DNA from: Escherichia phage PGT2
Strand: one strand, 5' to 3'
Length of the DNA: 42,686 nt
Sequence record: NC_047890.1
Under the pieces are notes generated by a model. That model did no database searches. It had not been told where the DNA came from and saw only the letters and a program-made list of their open reading frames with translations. Position numbers and translations under genes: made by a program. This document shows positions 6,646-16,332 of the stretch, piece by piece. Every line of letters begins with the position of its first letter. Within the stretch, counting starts at the first letter, position 1.

Positions 6646-7466
6646 TGAACTACCGTGATTCCGATTGGTATTTGGCTATAAAAGACCATCCGGTCGGTAC
6701 TCGGCTGCGTATGGCACACGATGGCTGCTCCACGAGTGAGGCACTCATCGTCACAAAACAGGATTCCGGGGTAAGCGCGTATTGCTTCCGTTGCAAATGG
6801 AACGGATTCGTTGGCGCGCCTCCTGAATCGTTGGCCCAAAAGTTAGAGCGTAAATCTCGTGAGAAGCTCGCCAGCAAGGTGATGAAGGATAGTAAGGCGT
6901 TACCATCCCCCAAGTGCGAAAACATCGCTGAGTGGCCGCTAGAAGCGCGGATTTGGCTCTATAAAGCTGGACTTAATAACCATGACATATCTGAAGCTGG
7001 TATTTATTATCATGGAGGCAGTAATCGTGTGGTCATCCCTATATTTGATGGTGACGCGCTGGTGTATTGGCAAGCCCGTGGATTTGACCCTGAAGCGCCT
7101 AAGTACCTCAATCCGTCGGTGGTGGACCGGACTGCTCTTGTCGCCAACTGGTACGGCTCTGAAAGATGCCTTGTTCTTACAGAGGACTGGCTATCAGGCT
7201 ACCGGGTACATCGGGCCACAGGCTTCCAAGTCTATGCCCTCCTTGGGACAACACTCACGGACGCAATCGCGGCCCAAATCGTCTACAACCGTGTACCAGT
7301 GGCCATATGGCTCGACCCGGATTCGGCGGGCCAGACTGCGGCGCGGAAGATTATTGCTAAACTCAGTGCGCTGAACCACCCGGTTAAAAACATCGTCACT
7401 GAGCGGGATCCTAAACTTTACAGTGACGCAGAAATCCGGGAGGTGTTACGATGCGACCCACAGTGA
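6645..7466 (+). CDS. DNA primase (zinc-binding and TOPRIM domains)
   Basis: Cys cluster HDGC...CFRC near the N-terminus; TOPRIM-like LVLTEDWLSGYR and IWLDPDSAGQTAARK; strong SD aggaggg. Confidence 0.8.
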   Translation: MNYRDSDWYLAIKDHPVGTRLRMAHDGCSTSEALIVTKQDSGVSAYCFRCKWNGFVGAPPESLAQKLERKSREKLASKVMKDSKALPSPKCENIAEWPLEARIWLYKAGLNNHDISEAGIYYHGGSNRVVIPIFDGDALVYWQARGFDPEAPKYLNPSVVDRTALVANWYGSERCLVLTEDWLSGYRVHRATGFQVYALLGTTLTDAIAAQIVYNRVPVAIWLDPDSAGQTAARKIIAKLSALNHPVKNIVTERDPKLYSDAEIREVLRCDPQ

Positions 7467-7852
7467 TGGAGAGTTGTTGCATCTGCCATACGCAGAAAGG
7501 TCCCTATAATCAGGCAGGCCGTGCAACATACAAGGGCCGGATGGTGGGGTTACACAGGCTTATCTTCTTTAAGGAGTTCGGTTACTGGCCGGAAGTTGTC
7601 CTGCACCTCTGCGACAACCAGCGCTGTATAAATCCTGAACATCTGGTAGGAGGTACACAGGCAGACAACATCCGAGATGCAGTAGAGAAAGGGCGGTGGG
7701 TAAGAAATTTCCCTAATAAGTTATCCGCAGACACTGTTCGGGCCATACGAAGCGCGGTAGGCACAAACAAGCAGATAGCACAACAGTTTAATATAGACCC
7801 GGCGCATGTAAGCCGTATCAAAAATGGTATTGCTTATAAGGAGGTCACATAA
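7451..7852 (+). CDS. HNH homing endonuclease
   Basis: HNH core LHRLIF...HLCDNQRCINPEHL...N with a C-terminal helix-turn-helix-like segment; sits between primase and helicase. Confidence 0.7.
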   Translation: MRPTVMESCCICHTQKGPYNQAGRATYKGRMVGLHRLIFFKEFGYWPEVVLHLCDNQRCINPEHLVGGTQADNIRDAVEKGRWVRNFPNKLSADTVRAIRSAVGTNKQIAQQFNIDPAHVSRIKNGIAYKEVT

Positions 7853-7923
7853 GCCTCGATAGTGAATTTCTCCGTAGTATCCGACACCGCTCTAAGTTCA
7901 AAGAGCGTATAGGAACTACCCCC

Positions 7924-9132
7924 TTGTATTTGTTCGAAGAGAAGACACGCGACCTGATAAAGCTCATGTCACGTTATTTTAAGACTTACAAGGCGGCAGA
8001 CGTCATCCTAAAAGATGACTTCATAACTTGGCTGAATGAACTAAAGGGAGACAAACTAACAGAGTCTGACAGCATACTGTTTCAGGCACTCATGGAAGAT
8101 TTTGAGTATGACCTGTCTGCCGCCGCCGAGCAGTTCCTGACCGAGCGTTTGCAGGAATCCGATTTAGTCTACAAAACCGCAGACCTGATTGAGAAATGGT
8201 CGAACGGTGATGAGATTGAAATCATTGAGCAAATGAAAATCGTCACCGACAAAGCGGCATTTGGCCGTGCTGACCGGGACGGTATTAAAGTAGTCACAGA
8301 GTCGATTGAGGAGATTCTGGAGCACGCCGGGAGCAAGTGGGGATTCGAGTGGTCATTGCCAATATTAGCTAAGGCCATGCGACCCGCACAGCCGGGAGAC
8401 ATGATTCTCATAGCTGCCCGACCGGACCAAGGGAAGACTACATTCATCGGTAACATTGTCCGGCCTTGGCTGGCACAACTGGATGAAATATTCCCCGATG
8501 AAGAACGCTGCATTCTCTGGCTCAATAACGAGGGACCGGGTACTCGTATCAAGCTCCGAAATTACCAATCGGCCCTCGGCCTGACTATCCCAGAAGTGGA
8601 CCAGATGGCTCATACTCGTGGGATGCTGGACGAGGAATACAGGAAGGTGGTAGCCAATGCCGACCGCCTTATTATCCTCGACGTCCACGGCAAGAACACG
8701 GCACAGATTGAGCGGAAGATTGCTGAATTGAAGCCGGGTGTCATTGTCTGGGACATGCTGGATAAGGTGAAGTATGTTACAGAAGACGCTTTTAGGAATA
8801 CACGTACGGATGAGTATCTTGAAGGCTTGTACTCGTGGGTACGAGAATCCGGTGTCATATATGACTGCGTTAACGTCGTATCAACCCAGTTATCCGGTGA
8901 TGCTGAGAACATGCAGTATCCGCACCTCGGAATGCTCAAAGACTCAAAAACGGGCAAACAGGGTACGGCTGATGCCATCATTACGTTCGGGTCGGTTGAC
9001 ACTTACCCCCGTACACGATTCATTGGTCTTACTAAAAATAAGCTCAATATGGGCCGCGCTACGAGTCGCCTAGGCGAAGTCGTATTCGACGGTGCCCGTG
9101 GCTTAATCACTATGCCAGAGGTAGAGAAATGA
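7924..9132 (+). CDS. Replicative DNA helicase (DnaB/T7 gp4 helicase-domain type)
   Basis: Walker A ARPDQGKTT; the frame is closed upstream so the start is TTG 7924 or the internal ATG at 7966. Confidence 0.8.
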   Translation: MYLFEEKTRDLIKLMSRYFKTYKAADVILKDDFITWLNELKGDKLTESDSILFQALMEDFEYDLSAAAEQFLTERLQESDLVYKTADLIEKWSNGDEIEIIEQMKIVTDKAAFGRADRDGIKVVTESIEEILEHAGSKWGFEWSLPILAKAMRPAQPGDMILIAARPDQGKTTFIGNIVRPWLAQLDEIFPDEERCILWLNNEGPGTRIKLRNYQSALGLTIPEVDQMAHTRGMLDEEYRKVVANADRLIILDVHGKNTAQIERKIAELKPGVIVWDMLDKVKYVTEDAFRNTRTDEYLEGLYSWVRESGVIYDCVNVVSTQLSGDAENMQYPHLGMLKDSKTGKQGTADAIITFGSVDTYPRTRFIGLTKNKLNMGRATSRLGEVVFDGARGLITMPEVEK

Positions 9133-9716
9133 TTGATACAGTAGTTTTAACAGCATCCGGCCAATACGTGAATATCCTTGCACCAACCGAGGATGAGATT
9201 GACATCCACGACATTGCTCATGCACTGGCTAATATCAATCGGTTCAACGGTCACACCGCTGTACCCTACACGGTAGCAGAGCACTCATTGCGCTGTTCAG
9301 CCTTGCTTAAGGCGTGGGGATACACTCCCTCATCTCAGTTGGCTGGCCTGCTGCATGATGCTACCGAGGCGTATATCGGCGACGTGGCTACCCCACTCAA
9401 ACAACTGCTGCCAGAGTTCAGAGTCATTGAGAAGAATCTGGAAAAGGTTATTGAGAAGAAGTTCGACATTATCATTAATGACCGTCCAGAAGTCCATTAC
9501 GCAGACCTCCAGCTACTGGCATCCGAACGCAAGTACCTGATGCCGGAAACGCCTGAGTATGTTTGGGAGATTATCGACGGGATTGGCCCGACGACCTACT
9601 CCACAGTGACTGGCAACAATCCTAAGTGGGGTGGTCGGACGCATAAGGAACTGGTCGGCTGGTTCATTAAACGCTTTGAGCAACTTATCAACGAGGTTCA
9701 CAATGTTAAAAATTGA
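9129..9716 (+). CDS. HD-domain phosphohydrolase (5'-deoxynucleotidase-like)
   Basis: HD motifs NINRFNGH...EHS and LLHDATEAYIGD. Confidence 0.65.
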   Translation: MIDTVVLTASGQYVNILAPTEDEIDIHDIAHALANINRFNGHTAVPYTVAEHSLRCSALLKAWGYTPSSQLAGLLHDATEAYIGDVATPLKQLLPEFRVIEKNLEKVIEKKFDIIINDRPEVHYADLQLLASERKYLMPETPEYVWEIIDGIGPTTYSTVTGNNPKWGGRTHKELVGWFIKRFEQLINEVHNVKN

Positions 9717-9996
9717 CCTGACTATCGGCGCATTTAGGATAACCTCTGATGAACACAATTACATTCTGCACCAGTGCAAGCCTAAGACCAAGGGTAAGGA
9801 CGTAGGAACTTTACATTGGGCGGTGATCGGGTACTACAGCAGTCTGGAGCACGTCGCTGGTAATATCGCAAAGTGTGCCGCAGACGGCGTTACCGAAGGC
9901 TTCCCTATCTACCAACTCGACGACCTGAAGAAAGTAGAACGGGCTATCTCAGAGGTAGGCACGGAACTGGTTAAGGCAATACAGGAGAAAGTTTAA
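9703..9996 (+). CDS. Hypothetical protein (97 aa)
   Basis: In-frame ATG at 9703 with SD acgagg at 6-nt spacing; the ORF track starts further upstream (9631) inside the HD gene. Confidence 0.5.
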   Translation: MLKIDLTIGAFRITSDEHNYILHQCKPKTKGKDVGTLHWAVIGYYSSLEHVAGNIAKCAADGVTEGFPIYQLDDLKKVERAISEVGTELVKAIQEKV

Positions 9997-12389
9997 TGTC
10001 CTATGTAACGTTCGATTTGGAGACAACGGTCAAATCCTTGGCTAAACGCAAGGCCAGCCCGTTCCACCCGAACAATTTCATAGTGGCGATTGGTTGGAAA
10101 CGACAAAACTGCTCTGTTCAGGGTAGTTACAGTAAAACGGGCGAGCACCATCCCAATTGGTTCGAAGGTCTTTTGGCAGGTACTAAATTACTTGTCGGCC
10201 AGAATATCAAATTTGACATTCTCTATGCTATAACCCGGTCCGAATCGGCATACGCCGCTTGGATGAACTGGGTAGAGGCCGGAGGAAATGTTTGGGATTG
10301 CCAGCTTGCCGAGTATTTACTGCGAGGTCAGGAACAATCAGCCCACATGTTGTCGATGGATGAGATGGTCGAGGAGTACGGCGGGAACACGAAGGTGGAT
10401 GAAGTCAAAGCCATGTGGGAAGCAGGCTACGATACACCGGAGATTCCTGAAGACTTGCTGATGCGTTATCTCTGCGGTGAGACAAGGGATGATGGTACTC
10501 GCGTGTTCGGCGACATTGAGAACACCGAAGCAATCTTCCTCGGTCAATTGAAGAAGGCACGTAAGCGCGGCCACCTGAAGTCCATCATGCTTAACATGGG
10601 GAGCCTGTTGGCCTCCATAGAGATGGAAAAGAACGGTATGGCCGTTGACCTGAAACTGGGCTTAGAGCAAGCCGAGAAGTTGAAGGTAGCGTGCAACGAA
10701 CTCCGCGAGAAAATGCAGCAGTACCTGCCAAGTGACCTACCGTGTGAGTTTAACTGGGGTTCCGGGCACCACTTATCGGCCCTTATCTTCGGCGGCGCGA
10801 TTAAGTACAAGCAGAAAGCCGAGATTCTGGATGACGAAGGCAACAACGTTTACCCACAGATTAAGGCCGTAGGCTACGAGACAGTAACCGGGGACTTCGT
10901 GGTGCCGGGCCACGGTATCTCTGAAGAGCGTTTTCAGGAGATGGTTGAGGCCGGGAACATTGCCACGTACAAGGCCGGGAAGAAGAAGGGCCAGTTCCGG
11001 TCCAAGCAGGTTAACGTTGATGACCTGTCCCGTCCTAAGACGAAGATAATGGAGTTCCGGTACAACATGCCGGGGTTCACGGAGCCGGACCCGAAGTGGG
11101 AGACGAAGCACGAAGGCGTTTACGCCACTAATGCGGACGTCATTGAGGAATTAGGAACACGCGACGTACCGTTCCTGAAAGACCTCACCAAGCTCAACAA
11201 AATGGATAAAGACCTGACGACATACTATATCTGCGAAGACCCTAAGAAAGAGGGGATGTTCAAAGGTATGTTGACGCTGGTCGGCGATGACGGCATTATC
11301 CACGGCAGCATTAACCACACCTCCACAGTGACCGGGCGATTCTCTGCGAGCAACCCTAACCTCCAGAACATCCCCCGTGCGGACACTTCTGAAGTTAAGA
11401 AGCTGTTCATCTCGCGCTTCGGCGACGACGGCCAGATTATTCAGTCTGACTTCTCGTCTCTGGAGATTTACGTTCAGGCATTACTCACAGGTGACAAGCA
11501 ATTGCTGGCAGACCTGAAGAAAGGTCTGGACATGCACTGCGTTCGCGTCGCCAGTAAATTCGGGGTGCCCTATGAGGAAGCAGTCAAACGTTGTAAGAAG
11601 GATGTTGACGCGCCGGACTACAAGCTATGGAAGTCTCGCAGGACTGGATGTAAGGAATTTTCATTCCAACGAGCATACGGCGCTGGAGCGGCAGCAGTGG
11701 CGAACTCTACGGGGATGTCTATTGAAGACGTGCAGGACCTTATCAAGTTAGAGGACGAACGTTACCCGGAGATTGAACCATTCTATGCAAGAGTTACAGC
11801 AGCAATTAACGAAAGCCGAGTACCAACAAGTCTGTATGTACATCATCCAGAGATACGGGGACTGTCTGTCTGCATCGGCAAAGGATTTTATAGAACGCCT
11901 GATGGGAAGAAATACACTTACCGAGAGTACCCTGCTCCGGCTGGTTTTATCAAACGCGGGGGTGCACACGCCTCCTTCTCGCCTCCTGAAATTAAGAACT
12001 ACATTGTGCAGGGTACAGGTGGCGAGTGGGCGAAAGCTGCGATGTGGCTTGCAGTCCGCACATTCTATCGTTTCAACAACTTCGGAGGAAAGGCGCTCTT
12101 AGTGAATATGGTGCACGATGCGCAATACGTCGATGCTCACAATGACGTGCTGTTCGAAGCCTGCGTAGCGTTACATGCTGCAATGGAAGCGGCCAGCGAG
12201 TTCATGGAGTACCGATTCGATTGGCAGGTCGATGCCCCGGTCCCTTCAGAAACAACCTTTGGCCCAGCGATGTACTACGAGACTGGTGCCGACACCCTGC
12301 CGGGATTCGCCGAAGCAGTGCGTGCTGAACGTCTCAAAATCCGTAAGCTGTACATGAACGACTACCAACCATCATTCGAGGGTAATTAA
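9996..12389 (+). CDS. Family A DNA polymerase with 3'-5' exonuclease domain
   Basis: Exo I motif FDLETT; polymerase motif A DFSSLEIYV, motif B RTGCKEFSFQRAYG, motif C VHDA. Confidence 0.9.
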   Translation: MSYVTFDLETTVKSLAKRKASPFHPNNFIVAIGWKRQNCSVQGSYSKTGEHHPNWFEGLLAGTKLLVGQNIKFDILYAITRSESAYAAWMNWVEAGGNVWDCQLAEYLLRGQEQSAHMLSMDEMVEEYGGNTKVDEVKAMWEAGYDTPEIPEDLLMRYLCGETRDDGTRVFGDIENTEAIFLGQLKKARKRGHLKSIMLNMGSLLASIEMEKNGMAVDLKLGLEQAEKLKVACNELREKMQQYLPSDLPCEFNWGSGHHLSALIFGGAIKYKQKAEILDDEGNNVYPQIKAVGYETVTGDFVVPGHGISEERFQEMVEAGNIATYKAGKKKGQFRSKQVNVDDLSRPKTKIMEFRYNMPGFTEPDPKWETKHEGVYATNADVIEELGTRDVPFLKDLTKLNKMDKDLTTYYICEDPKKEGMFKGMLTLVGDDGIIHGSINHTSTVTGRFSASNPNLQNIPRADTSEVKKLFISRFGDDGQIIQSDFSSLEIYVQALLTGDKQLLADLKKGLDMHCVRVASKFGVPYEEAVKRCKKDVDAPDYKLWKSRRTGCKEFSFQRAYGAGAAAVANSTGMSIEDVQDLIKLEDERYPEIEPFYARVTAAINESRVPTSLYVHHPEIRGLSVCIGKGFYRTPDGKKYTYREYPAPAGFIKRGGAHASFSPPEIKNYIVQGTGGEWAKAAMWLAVRTFYRFNNFGGKALLVNMVHDAQYVDAHNDVLFEACVALHAAMEAASEFMEYRFDWQVDAPVPSETTFGPAMYYETGADTLPGFAEAVRAERLKIRKLYMNDYQPSFEGN

Positions 12390-12391
12390 TA

Positions 12392-13330
12392 ATGGCTAAG
12401 CAATTTTCCGTACTGAAGAAGAAAGAACTGCTCGTAGACCAGACCAAAGCAAGCACTGGTGGTGACTATACGCCGCCAGCGGAAGGTCTGGCCCGTGCCC
12501 GACTCGTCGCCTACGTCGAGGTCGGCAAGCATGAGAAGGTCAGTAAGCAATACGGCACCAAGGTCCAGAGCATGGTGCATCTGACCTTCGAACTGTCCGG
12601 TCCGAAGTGGGAGCCGAAGAAGCTGGATGATGGTACTCTGATTCCGCAGCGTATCACCCTGAAAGAGAACCTGTCCACTAACACCAAGGCGCGATTCTAC
12701 AAGCTGTTCCTGAAGCTCCGCGATGGTCGTGAGGACATTACTCACTTCGCCGAAATGCTGGGTGAAGCCTGCCTCATCCGTATCAAGCACCGTGAGTACG
12801 AGGTGGATGCTGGCGGTAAGAAAGAGAAGCGCGTTGCGGTCGATGTGTACTCTCCAGACAGTGGTTGGTCAATCACTCCTCCGTACATCCTGAAAGATAT
12901 TATGGATGAGAACGACGAACCGACTGGCGAGCAAGAGAAGAAGCACGTCACCGTCTCCGACCCGGTTAGTGACCTCCGCCTGTTCATCTGGGATTGCGCG
13001 GACAAAGAGCAGTGGGACAGCCTGTACATCGAGCCGGGTGACGGCGACCGCAGCAAGAACGTGTTCCAAGAACTGATTGTCAACGCGAAGAACTTTATCG
13101 GTTCCCCGGCTGAAGCAGCGGCACACGGCTCTGAATCTCTGGAGGCCATTCTGAAGGGTGGTAAGGGTTCAACCGAGCCTGCCACTGACGATGACGATGA
13201 TGATGGCTCAGAAGGCGTTGTAGAGGATAAGAGCAGCAAGAAAGCTACCTCTGTTGTGAAGAAGGTCGTTAAGAAGACGGTAGAGGCTGAAAAGCCTGCT
13301 GACGAAGATGACTTAGGGGATATTGACTAA
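12392..13330 (+). CDS. Hypothetical protein with acidic C-terminal tail; possible ssDNA-binding protein (T7 gp2.5-like)
   Basis: C-terminus DDDDDDGSEG...ADEDDLGDID; position between polymerase and exonuclease. No sequence-level match verified. Confidence 0.35.
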   Translation: MAKQFSVLKKKELLVDQTKASTGGDYTPPAEGLARARLVAYVEVGKHEKVSKQYGTKVQSMVHLTFELSGPKWEPKKLDDGTLIPQRITLKENLSTNTKARFYKLFLKLRDGREDITHFAEMLGEACLIRIKHREYEVDAGGKKEKRVAVDVYSPDSGWSITPPYILKDIMDENDEPTGEQEKKHVTVSDPVSDLRLFIWDCADKEQWDSLYIEPGDGDRSKNVFQELIVNAKNFIGSPAEAAAHGSESLEAILKGGKGSTEPATDDDDDDGSEGVVEDKSSKKATSVVKKVVKKTVEAEKPADEDDLGDID

Positions 13331-13331
13331 C

Positions 13332-14282
13332 ATGACAAAGTTCAAGCTGCCTAAAGACCTCAGTTCGATGGTGCAGCCTGAACCTGTTAGCATTGTCCCT
13401 CCCCAAGTTCCGGGGAGGGTCTGCCATGTTGATGCGGACTTCTTAGCTTACTTCGCCGCTGGCGGTGAGAATATGCCTATTAGCATATGCCGCCAAGTGG
13501 TTAAGGAACGCGTCGAGAAGTTCCGCGTCATGACAGGATCAGAATCTGTACTCCTGCACCTGACGGACAGCCGCTCAACAAAAGGCGACAGATACCTCGT
13601 AGGTGCTACCGTACCATATCAGGGTCAACGTCTCTCTGGTAAGAAACCCGGTAACTGGGCGGCTACCCGAGAGTATATCGAATCAGGTACTCATGGCCTC
13701 CCCATGAAGTTCTGGAAGACGAGGGAGGCGGATGATGGGGTCGCATATTGTGCAGAACGCAGTGGTGGGGTTGACGCTATATGCACAAAAGATAAGGACT
13801 TTCGGATGTTCTCCGGGCTGCATTGCTTATGGGATACGTTCCAATTGGTGCAGGTTAATCCCGGTGATTTTCGTGTGGATGGTCCTGCTCCTGCCAAGGG
13901 CAAAGTACAGAAGTATTACGGCCACTTCTTCTTCTGGCAGCAGATGTTGTACGGAGATACTGCGGATAACATCCCCGGTATACATGGGATTGGCGAGGCC
14001 ACTGCCGCCCAACTTCTGCTTGATTGTACTAATAACGCCGAAGCATTCGATGTTGTCGCTGATATTTACAGGAAAAAGAAACGGGAGGGGTGGTCTGATT
14101 ATATGGTTGAGCAGGCTGCGCTTCTATGGATGCGAACTGACCGACACGCAGACCTGCTGGATTTCCTCAAGATATTCCCGGAAGATGAGGAAATTATCAT
14201 TGCTGCGGAGAAGATGAGGCAGCGGGTTCTCGAAGATAAGGCTACCTTAGAGAGCATACTCAAAGGTTACTCACATAAATAG
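13332..14282 (+). CDS. 5'-3' exonuclease / flap endonuclease (T7 gp6-like)
   Basis: H3TH-type motif GDTADNIPGIHGIGEATAAQLL; ORF track start 13323 is a TTG, ATG at 13332 has better SD spacing. Confidence 0.8.
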   Translation: MTKFKLPKDLSSMVQPEPVSIVPPQVPGRVCHVDADFLAYFAAGGENMPISICRQVVKERVEKFRVMTGSESVLLHLTDSRSTKGDRYLVGATVPYQGQRLSGKKPGNWAATREYIESGTHGLPMKFWKTREADDGVAYCAERSGGVDAICTKDKDFRMFSGLHCLWDTFQLVQVNPGDFRVDGPAPAKGKVQKYYGHFFFWQQMLYGDTADNIPGIHGIGEATAAQLLLDCTNNAEAFDVVADIYRKKKREGWSDYMVEQAALLWMRTDRHADLLDFLKIFPEDEEIIIAAEKMRQRVLEDKATLESILKGYSHK

Positions 14283-14295
14283 AGGGTATTCCGTG

Positions 14296-14775
14296 ATGAT
14301 GAAATTAACCCAATCCCTAATTCCCGTAGTAAGACGCAAGATGGCAGCAGAGCAAGGGAACCTGTGCCTATTATGCAGGGAACATATGGAAGATAAGCAA
14401 ATGGTGCTGGACCACGACCATGATACAGGCCACTGTCGCGGGGTTCTCCACAGAGGCTGTAATGCCATGCTCGGACATCTGGAAAACAACCGTGCCCGTC
14501 ACCTGCTGAAAGACGACGACAAGTTCGCTACGTTCCTCTCGAACATCATGGAATACATCAACATGGACTGCTCGCACCAGCCACTGCACAGCACTCATAA
14601 GAACACTGCGGAGAAGAAAGCGGCATCTTATGAGAAGTCCCGGAAGAAGTTAGTAGCTTCCCGGATTGCAGCCAACCCAACCGCCGCCGACGCTATCAAA
14701 GCGAAGGAAAAAGCATTGCGTAAAGTACGCGCCGACCGTAACCGTCCATCTGTTAAATCAAGCAAAGACATTTGA
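14296..14775 (+). CDS. Recombination endonuclease VII (Holliday junction resolvase)
   Basis: Zinc/catalytic motif CLLCREH...LDHDHDTGHCRGVLHRGCN, typical of T4 endo VII family. Confidence 0.8.
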   Translation: MMKLTQSLIPVVRRKMAAEQGNLCLLCREHMEDKQMVLDHDHDTGHCRGVLHRGCNAMLGHLENNRARHLLKDDDKFATFLSNIMEYINMDCSHQPLHSTHKNTAEKKAASYEKSRKKLVASRIAANPTAADAIKAKEKALRKVRADRNRPSVKSSKDI

Positions 14776-14782
14776 GGATATT

Positions 14783-15772
14783 ATGCCAAAGACTAATCTC
14801 ATTGCACTATTCACCAAGGAACAGCACCAGAACATCCTCGGCAAGCACCCCGACAACACGGCTGCTGCCAAGGCGTACAACGAACTGCTGGGCTGGAATA
14901 GTCCGGTAGTCTACCGCCAAGTGGTGGCGTACTGGCGCAAGATTTATATCGACCACGGTGGTAAGAAAGGCGAGGCTATTCGTGAAGAGAAACAAGCTGT
15001 TAAGCTGGTTCAGCCATCACCAAGTGACGATATTGGTAACACTGACGTCCCTGACGTGTGTCGCCGTATCCTTGTGGTTGGTGATTTACATGCTCCTTAT
15101 ACTCATCCCGACGCTATTGCTTTCCTTCGCCATGTCCGAGACAGTTATGTTCCTGACATGGTTGTTCAGGTAGGCGATGAGACGGACGGCCACGCAATCA
15201 GCTTCCACGACTCGGACCCGAATCTGGATAGCGCCGGGGTCGAATTAGAGAAAGCCAAAGCCGTACTGGAGCAATTACATGACCTGTTCCCGAACCTTCT
15301 GGTATGTGACTCCAATCACGGCAGTCTTGTGTATCGCCGCGCAAAGGCTCACGGTCTACCAGTGCAATTTATCAAGAAGTACCGTGATATTCTTTTCCCT
15401 GAGCACGGTGCTAAGAAGTGGTCATGGGCTGACGCATGGGTACTCAATACCCCGCTTGGCCAAGTTCGATTCCAACATCAAGTGTCGGGCGACTTCATGC
15501 TTAACGCCAGCCATGAGAGAACCTCGCTTGTCTTGGGTCACGAGCATGGTCGCTTTGAAGTGCAGTACGCAGCAAGCTCAACAGCTTTGTACTTTGGTGC
15601 ATACGCTGGGTGTCTGATTGACCGTAAGTCTCTGGCCTTTGCCTACGGCAAGTTGCACCGCAAGAAACCAATCCTCGGCGTGATGGTAATCACCGATGGT
15701 TGTCCGCAGTTAATCCCTATGCTGATGGATGAAAACGGGAGGTGGTGTGCGCGAGATAAAACCAAAGGTTGA
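14783..15772 (+). CDS. Calcineurin-like metallophosphoesterase
   Basis: Motifs VVGDLHAPY, VQVGDETDGH, CDSNHG, GHEH; in-frame ATG 14783 with upstream SD (ORF track start 14666 overlaps the endo VII gene). Confidence 0.65.
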   Translation: MPKTNLIALFTKEQHQNILGKHPDNTAAAKAYNELLGWNSPVVYRQVVAYWRKIYIDHGGKKGEAIREEKQAVKLVQPSPSDDIGNTDVPDVCRRILVVGDLHAPYTHPDAIAFLRHVRDSYVPDMVVQVGDETDGHAISFHDSDPNLDSAGVELEKAKAVLEQLHDLFPNLLVCDSNHGSLVYRRAKAHGLPVQFIKKYRDILFPEHGAKKWSWADAWVLNTPLGQVRFQHQVSGDFMLNASHERTSLVLGHEHGRFEVQYAASSTALYFGAYAGCLIDRKSLAFAYGKLHRKKPILGVMVITDGCPQLIPMLMDENGRWCARDKTKG

Positions 15773-15794
15773 TACAGGGAAGAGATTCCGGGGT

Positions 15795-16292
15795 ATGGTG
15801 GTGTACACTTGGGACTGCCCTTACTGTGGTAGAGAGTTTGAGGCTATACGGACTAAGCTCTTCAATACAAGTAAGCGAGGTGGTGCAGGGCATTGTGGGT
15901 GTCAGACTAAGGTTCGACAGTCACAAAGAAATGCAGGGCGTACACCGCCTAATAAGCTGGACGATTTGACAGCCTCCGCTAACAAGGTGTGGCAGTACAG
16001 TACCAAACTAGGCCGGAGCATTACTAAAGAGGATGCCAAAGCCTTAGTAAGTGCAAACTGTTACTACTGCGGGGCAGCGCCCAGCACCTACCGAGAGATT
16101 GGTGGAGGTCGCTGGTCGCGCAAGTCCGAAATACCCACAAACGGAATCGACAGAAAGGATTCATCTGTAGGTTATCACGTACATAATTGTGTACCTTGCT
16201 GCCCTACGTGCAACTACATGAAGTCCGATATGCACCACGACGACTTCTTGGAGTTGTGTAGTAAAATAGCCGACCGTTGGGCCGGTCGCTAA
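15795..16292 (+). CDS. HNH endonuclease (second free-standing copy)
   Basis: N-terminal CPYCG zinc motif and C-terminal HVHNCVPCCPTCNYMKSD HNH motif; start could also be ATG 15729. Confidence 0.65.
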   Translation: MVVYTWDCPYCGREFEAIRTKLFNTSKRGGAGHCGCQTKVRQSQRNAGRTPPNKLDDLTASANKVWQYSTKLGRSITKEDAKALVSANCYYCGAAPSTYREIGGGRWSRKSEIPTNGIDRKDSSVGYHVHNCVPCCPTCNYMKSDMHHDDFLELCSKIADRWAGR

Positions 16293-16332
16293 TTATACCG
16301 GGCACGGACGCCCATTCAATTGAGGATAATAT

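Noticed and set aside
13732-14217. 161-aa + strand alternative-frame ORF
   Set aside because: Lies wholly inside the 5'-3' exonuclease gene, whose frame carries the H3TH motif.
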